This document shows, in pieces, positions 60,015 to 64,000 of a DNA stretch of 64,000 nucleotides; positions within the stretch are counted from its first letter, which is position 1, and each line of letters starts with the position of its first letter. Under the pieces are notes generated by a model. That model ran no database searches and was not told the DNA's origin. It worked only from the letters and a program-made list of their open reading frames with translations. The translations under genes and the position numbers were made by a program. The stretch spans positions 53,382,001-53,446,000 of the forward strand of contig NC_042997.1 of NCBI RefSeq assembly GCF_006345805.1, in the 5' to 3' direction. The DNA comes from Octopus sinensis. Lineage: Eukaryota.

Positions 60015-60440
60015 TTCTTTTCTATCCTAGGCACAAGGCCTGAAATTTTTGGGGAGGGGACCAGTCTATTAGATCGACCTGATTGTGCAACTGGTATTTA
60101 ATTTATTGACCCCGAAAGGATGAAAGGCAAAGTTGACTTTGGCAGAATTTGAACTCAGAATGTAAAGACAGACAAAATACCACTAAGAATCTCACCTGGC
60201 ATGCTAATGTTTCTTATTTCTTTACTGACCACAAGGGGCTACACACAGAGGGGACAAACAAGGACAGACAAACGGATTAAGTTGATTATATCGACCCCAG
60301 TGTGTACTTATTTAATTGACCCCGAAAAGGTGAAAGGCAAAGTCAACCTCGGCGGAATTTGAACTCAGAACATAGCGGCAGATGAAATACTGCTAAGCAT
60401 TTCGCCCAGCATGCTAACATTTCTGCCAGCTTGCTGCCTT
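60015..60440 (-). mobile_element. Dimeric SINE family A
   Basis: Same head-domain-tail1-domain-tail2 layout as 30511-30907. Confidence 0.85.
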
Positions 60441-60676
60441 TACACTCACAATATATTAGTCAGATTAAGGTTCTAGTAGAAGGCACTTGTCCAATATGCT
60501 ATAACAGTGGGATTGAACCTACAACCTACAACTTTTAACATCTTGGCCATAAGCTTCTTATTGGTATTTATTTTAAGATTAAATTTTGTTATATTCTAAT
60601 GATGTAATGAGTTTTAATTATTGGTATCTTATATTCATTTGAAGACCACATTGTAAAAATATTGCTACATACTACA

Positions 60677-61085
60677 GGCGCAGGAGTGGCTGTGTGGTAA
60701 GTAGCTTGCTAAACAACCACATGGTTCCGGGTTCAGTCCCACTGCATGGCATCTTGGGCAAGTGTCTTCTGCTATAGCCCCGGGCCGACCAATGCCTTGT
60801 GAGTGGATTTGGTAGACGGAAACTGAAAGAAGCCTGTCGTATACATGTATATATATATAAGTGTGTGTGTATATGTTTGTGTGTCTGTGTTTGTCACCCT
60901 AGCATTGCTTGACAACCGATGCTGGTGTGTTTACGTCCCCGTCACTTAGCGGTTCGGCAAAAGAGACCGATAGAATAAGTACTGGGCTTACAAAGAATAA
61001 GTCCCGGGGTCGATTTGCTCGACTAAAGGCGGTGCTCCAGCATGGCTGCAGTCAAATGACTGAAACAAGTAAAAGAGTAAAAGAG
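60677..61085 (+). mobile_element. Young full-length SINE family B
   Basis: ggcgcaggagtggctgtgtggtaag (A box), gggttcagtccc (B box), internal (TA)(TG), tail ggcggtgctccagcatggctgcagtcaaatgactgaaacaagtaaaaga. Confidence 0.95.
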
Positions 61086-61978
61086 AGAAAGAGTATACTA
61101 ACAAAGTTATTTTTATAACAAGACAATGAAGACAAAGACGGTTTTCCTTTTATCCTTACTCCAAAATATTTTTGTTAGAACATAACCAAGAAAAACAAAA
61201 AGATAGATTTAAACAAGTAAAAGGAAAATTCTTTTATTTGGTTATTTCAAGTAATTATTTTCAATTATTGCTGATATTATGAACATCCATACTAATTTGA
61301 ATTAAATTATCAAAGCAACTGTGTAGAATTTTTTTCACAAATAAGTTTTGTTGAAAAAGTAGAAAAAAAAAACAAAACTAATTGGTATCACAGCTGTATG
61401 AAGAGCATGCAATTTTTAAATGAATTTATTTGAGGATGTAATTAAACCTAGACATCACAAGACTTTCTCAATTTTGTTGATTACTGCTTTGATCCAAAGC
61501 TGCTTGAAAGCTTTGAATTTTCATTAGCATTTGTCAAATTGAAGTTAGCAATAGGAATCTTCTTTCCTAATACTGAAATAAAGTCTTTCTGGTTCAACTA
61601 GGCTAGTGACTAATTTATAACTCAAATAACTTTTATTTATTTTTTGAATAATAAATAGATAGAATTATAACTATAAGATACTTTTTGTGTTTCTAGAGAA
61701 TTATTTAAACACGTGGAGTTAATTTGCTTAAAAAAATAACAAAAAGCTCAACTATAGAGAAGTACTGAAGTTGAATAAAAATGATAGGAAAATAAAATAA
61801 TTTTTTAATTCCAGTGTTTTTTATCCTTATGATATCTGTTTGTTTTCATGTCTTGGAGCAGTATTTCTCAACCATTTTTTGCTTCTGGACCCTTTTGATT
61901 CCTATTTTCAATGTTAAAAAAAATCCTGTATATTTTTAATATTAAATGTTATTAGAAATTGTGAAGTATATTTGCCAC

Positions 61979-62371
61979 TAAAGGCGGTGCTCCAGCATAG
62001 CCACAGTCAAATGACTGAAACAAGTAAAAGAGTATACAATTTCTAATAATAATAAATCTCTGAGTGTGGTATAAACAGTAGCTGCACGACATCATGAAAT
62101 ATATTTGCCACTTAAATGTGGCTAACCCCTAAGGGTGGATGCTACTGTAGCTTGTAGCCTCCACTTAAATGTGGCTAACCCCTAAGGGTGAATGCTACTG
62201 TAGCTTGTAGCCCCAGAGGTGTCCTCTGGGGCTATAAGCTGGCAAATATATTTCATGATGTTGTGCAGCTACAGTTTATACCTCACTCAGAGATTTATTA
62301 TTATTAGAAATTGTATACTCTTTTACTTGTTTCAGTCATTTGACTGTGGCTATGCTGGAGCACTGCCTTTG
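61979..62371. repeat. Inverted duplication (~130-bp arms) with an internal 53-bp direct repeat and a small hairpin
   Basis: 61979-62110 vs 62240-62371; ccacttaaatgtggc units at 62108 and 62161; ccccagagg tgt cctctgggg. Confidence 0.92.
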
Positions 62372-62652
62372 GTTGAGCAAATCGATCCCAGGACTTATTC
62401 TTTGTAAGCCTAGTACTTATTCTATCAGTCTCTTTTGCTGAACCGCTAAGTTACGGGGACGTAAACATACCAGCATCAGTTGTCAAGCGATGTTGGGGTG
62501 GAGGACAAACACAGCCACACAAACATATACACACACACATACATATATATACATATATACGATGGGCTTCTTTCAGTTTCCGTCTACCAAATCCACTCAC
62601 AAGGATTTGGTTGGCTCAAGGCCCAAGGTGCCACACAGTGGGACTGAACCCA
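62318..62652 (-). mobile_element. SINE family B
   Basis: Reverse copy whose tail forms part of the inverted duplication. Confidence 0.85.
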
Positions 62653-62924
62653 GTTATTAAAATATTTTGGATATTATAGAAGTATAACCAATTAATTGCA
62701 CCTAATTTTTAACAACAGATTCTTACATGGATCCCCAAGGGTCATATGAACCCCAGTTGAAAGCCTCTGTCTTTTCATATCTTAAAACTTTTTTTGTTTT
62801 TATCAAAGTAGGAAAGAGTGTTTTGACTACTATAATTATTGTGGAGTATCAACTTCAAGTTGTTACTATAGTCAATTAAGAATATGATCTATTAATATTT
62901 AGGATAGTTTTGCTTTACTTCTAC

Positions 62925-63080
62925 ATCATCATCATCGTTTAACGTCCGTTCTCCATGCTAGCATGGGTTGGACGGTTCGACCGGGGATCTGGGAAGCCAG
63001 AAGGCTGCACCAGGCTCCAGTCTGATCTGGTAGTGTTTCTACAGCTGGATACCCTTCCTAATGCCACCAGCCCTTCCTAA
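62925..63080 (-). mobile_element. Short RTE 3' tail copy
   Basis: catcatcatcgtttaacgtccgttctccatgctagcatggg, nearly identical to 28695-28830. Confidence 0.9.
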
Positions 63081-64000
63081 CACCCTCCAATAAATATTTA
63101 TTCAGTGTCTCGACCTTGTAAAACTCATTGGAGTCTGAACTTTTTCAGAACTGGCAAGAGAACTCTACTAGAAACCAGAATGTTATTTTGATTTTTTAAC
63201 GACAAACACTGAAGTTTTCTTTCTGTTTAGAATTGAAATTTTTCTAAGAGATACCTTATTTTTACCTGTTGATTCTATTTTGGTATTTTCTTGGTTTTGC
63301 TTTTCTTTGTTAGAGAGTTTGTTATCGCATGCTTTTGTTACATTTTCATCTTTTGCTTTTATTTCTGTGTTTGTTTGAGTGTAGACTTGTTCATATGCAT
63401 GCATATATATTAGACCTTAGACAACGCCCCCCGCCCCCACCTCTCCTTTCTCCACTGACTTGATTGTTTGACCTCTATCATTGACCCATCCCCCAAGAAG
63501 GTTATTAGTTTTGTCGCCAGAGGATAGCCATGGATACTGTAGCAGTAGCATCTGTAATGACAGCAGCAGTAGTGATAGGGGGGAACAGTCAGTATAGGTG
63601 ACTGTACTACTGCTTATTGTCACTATGGCTGCTACTGCCTTTGCTTCCCCCCACCACCACCACCACCGTAGCTGCTGCTACCCTTGCTCTGAATGTTAAA
63701 CCAACCAGCAATCTATGAGCTGCAAGCTATTGATTTAGCGTTTCACCTCTTGTACATATATAACTTCAGTCTTGCTCAGCGGTCATCTGGTTTAGTTGCA
63801 GTTGCTATTGCTCAAAATCTATCGCCTGCAGCTTTAAAGCCTTATTTTTCAGCAGTCATCAACTGTTGATTTTTTTTCTCTCACTGCTCCTGCCCAACTT
63901 ATTCATTGTATCTTACCACATTCATCTATATATTCTGTTGTCTTTATGTATATAATTTTAATATAATATACCCTTTTTGTTCCCTCTGTTTGTGTCGGGT

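Noticed and set aside
63183-63404. Lys/Asn-rich minus-strand ORF
   Set aside because: It is the translation of an A-rich strand, with no domain and no convincing acceptor.
63693-63869. 58-aa plus-strand small ORF MLNQPAIYELQAID...
   Set aside because: It sits next to degenerate trinucleotide repeats, has no recognisable homology or splice support, and its length is expected by chance.

Overview
AT-rich, repeat-saturated animal genomic DNA, mostly intronic or intergenic. The SINE and LINE families and the abundant (TA)n/(TG)n tracts match what I recognise from octopus (coleoid cephalopod) assemblies; this is an inference, not a database hit. I found no intact protein-coding gene, tRNA, rRNA or CRISPR array. 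The window holds at least three tRNA-headed SINE families, fragments of CR1-clade, RTE-clade and Penelope-like retroelements, a complete but dead DD34E Tc1 element with long IR/DR termini (57810-59419), a probable solo LTR (52188-53439), TA- and TTAA-flanked MITEs, a young 157-bp tandem array block (47903-49566) and several local inverted duplications. A stretch that visibly retains CpG (~6-15 kb) may hold the promoters of a divergent gene pair, but the candidate exons are low-confidence and unidentified. The most interesting signal is a near-canonical minimal hammerhead ribozyme motif in the loop of a ~118-bp-arm hairpin element (9544-9886, minus strand). A second hairpin of similar architecture and several decayed hammerhead-like motifs occur elsewhere in the window. 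Coordinates of degenerate repeats are approximate, and identity and CpG statements are estimates by eye.
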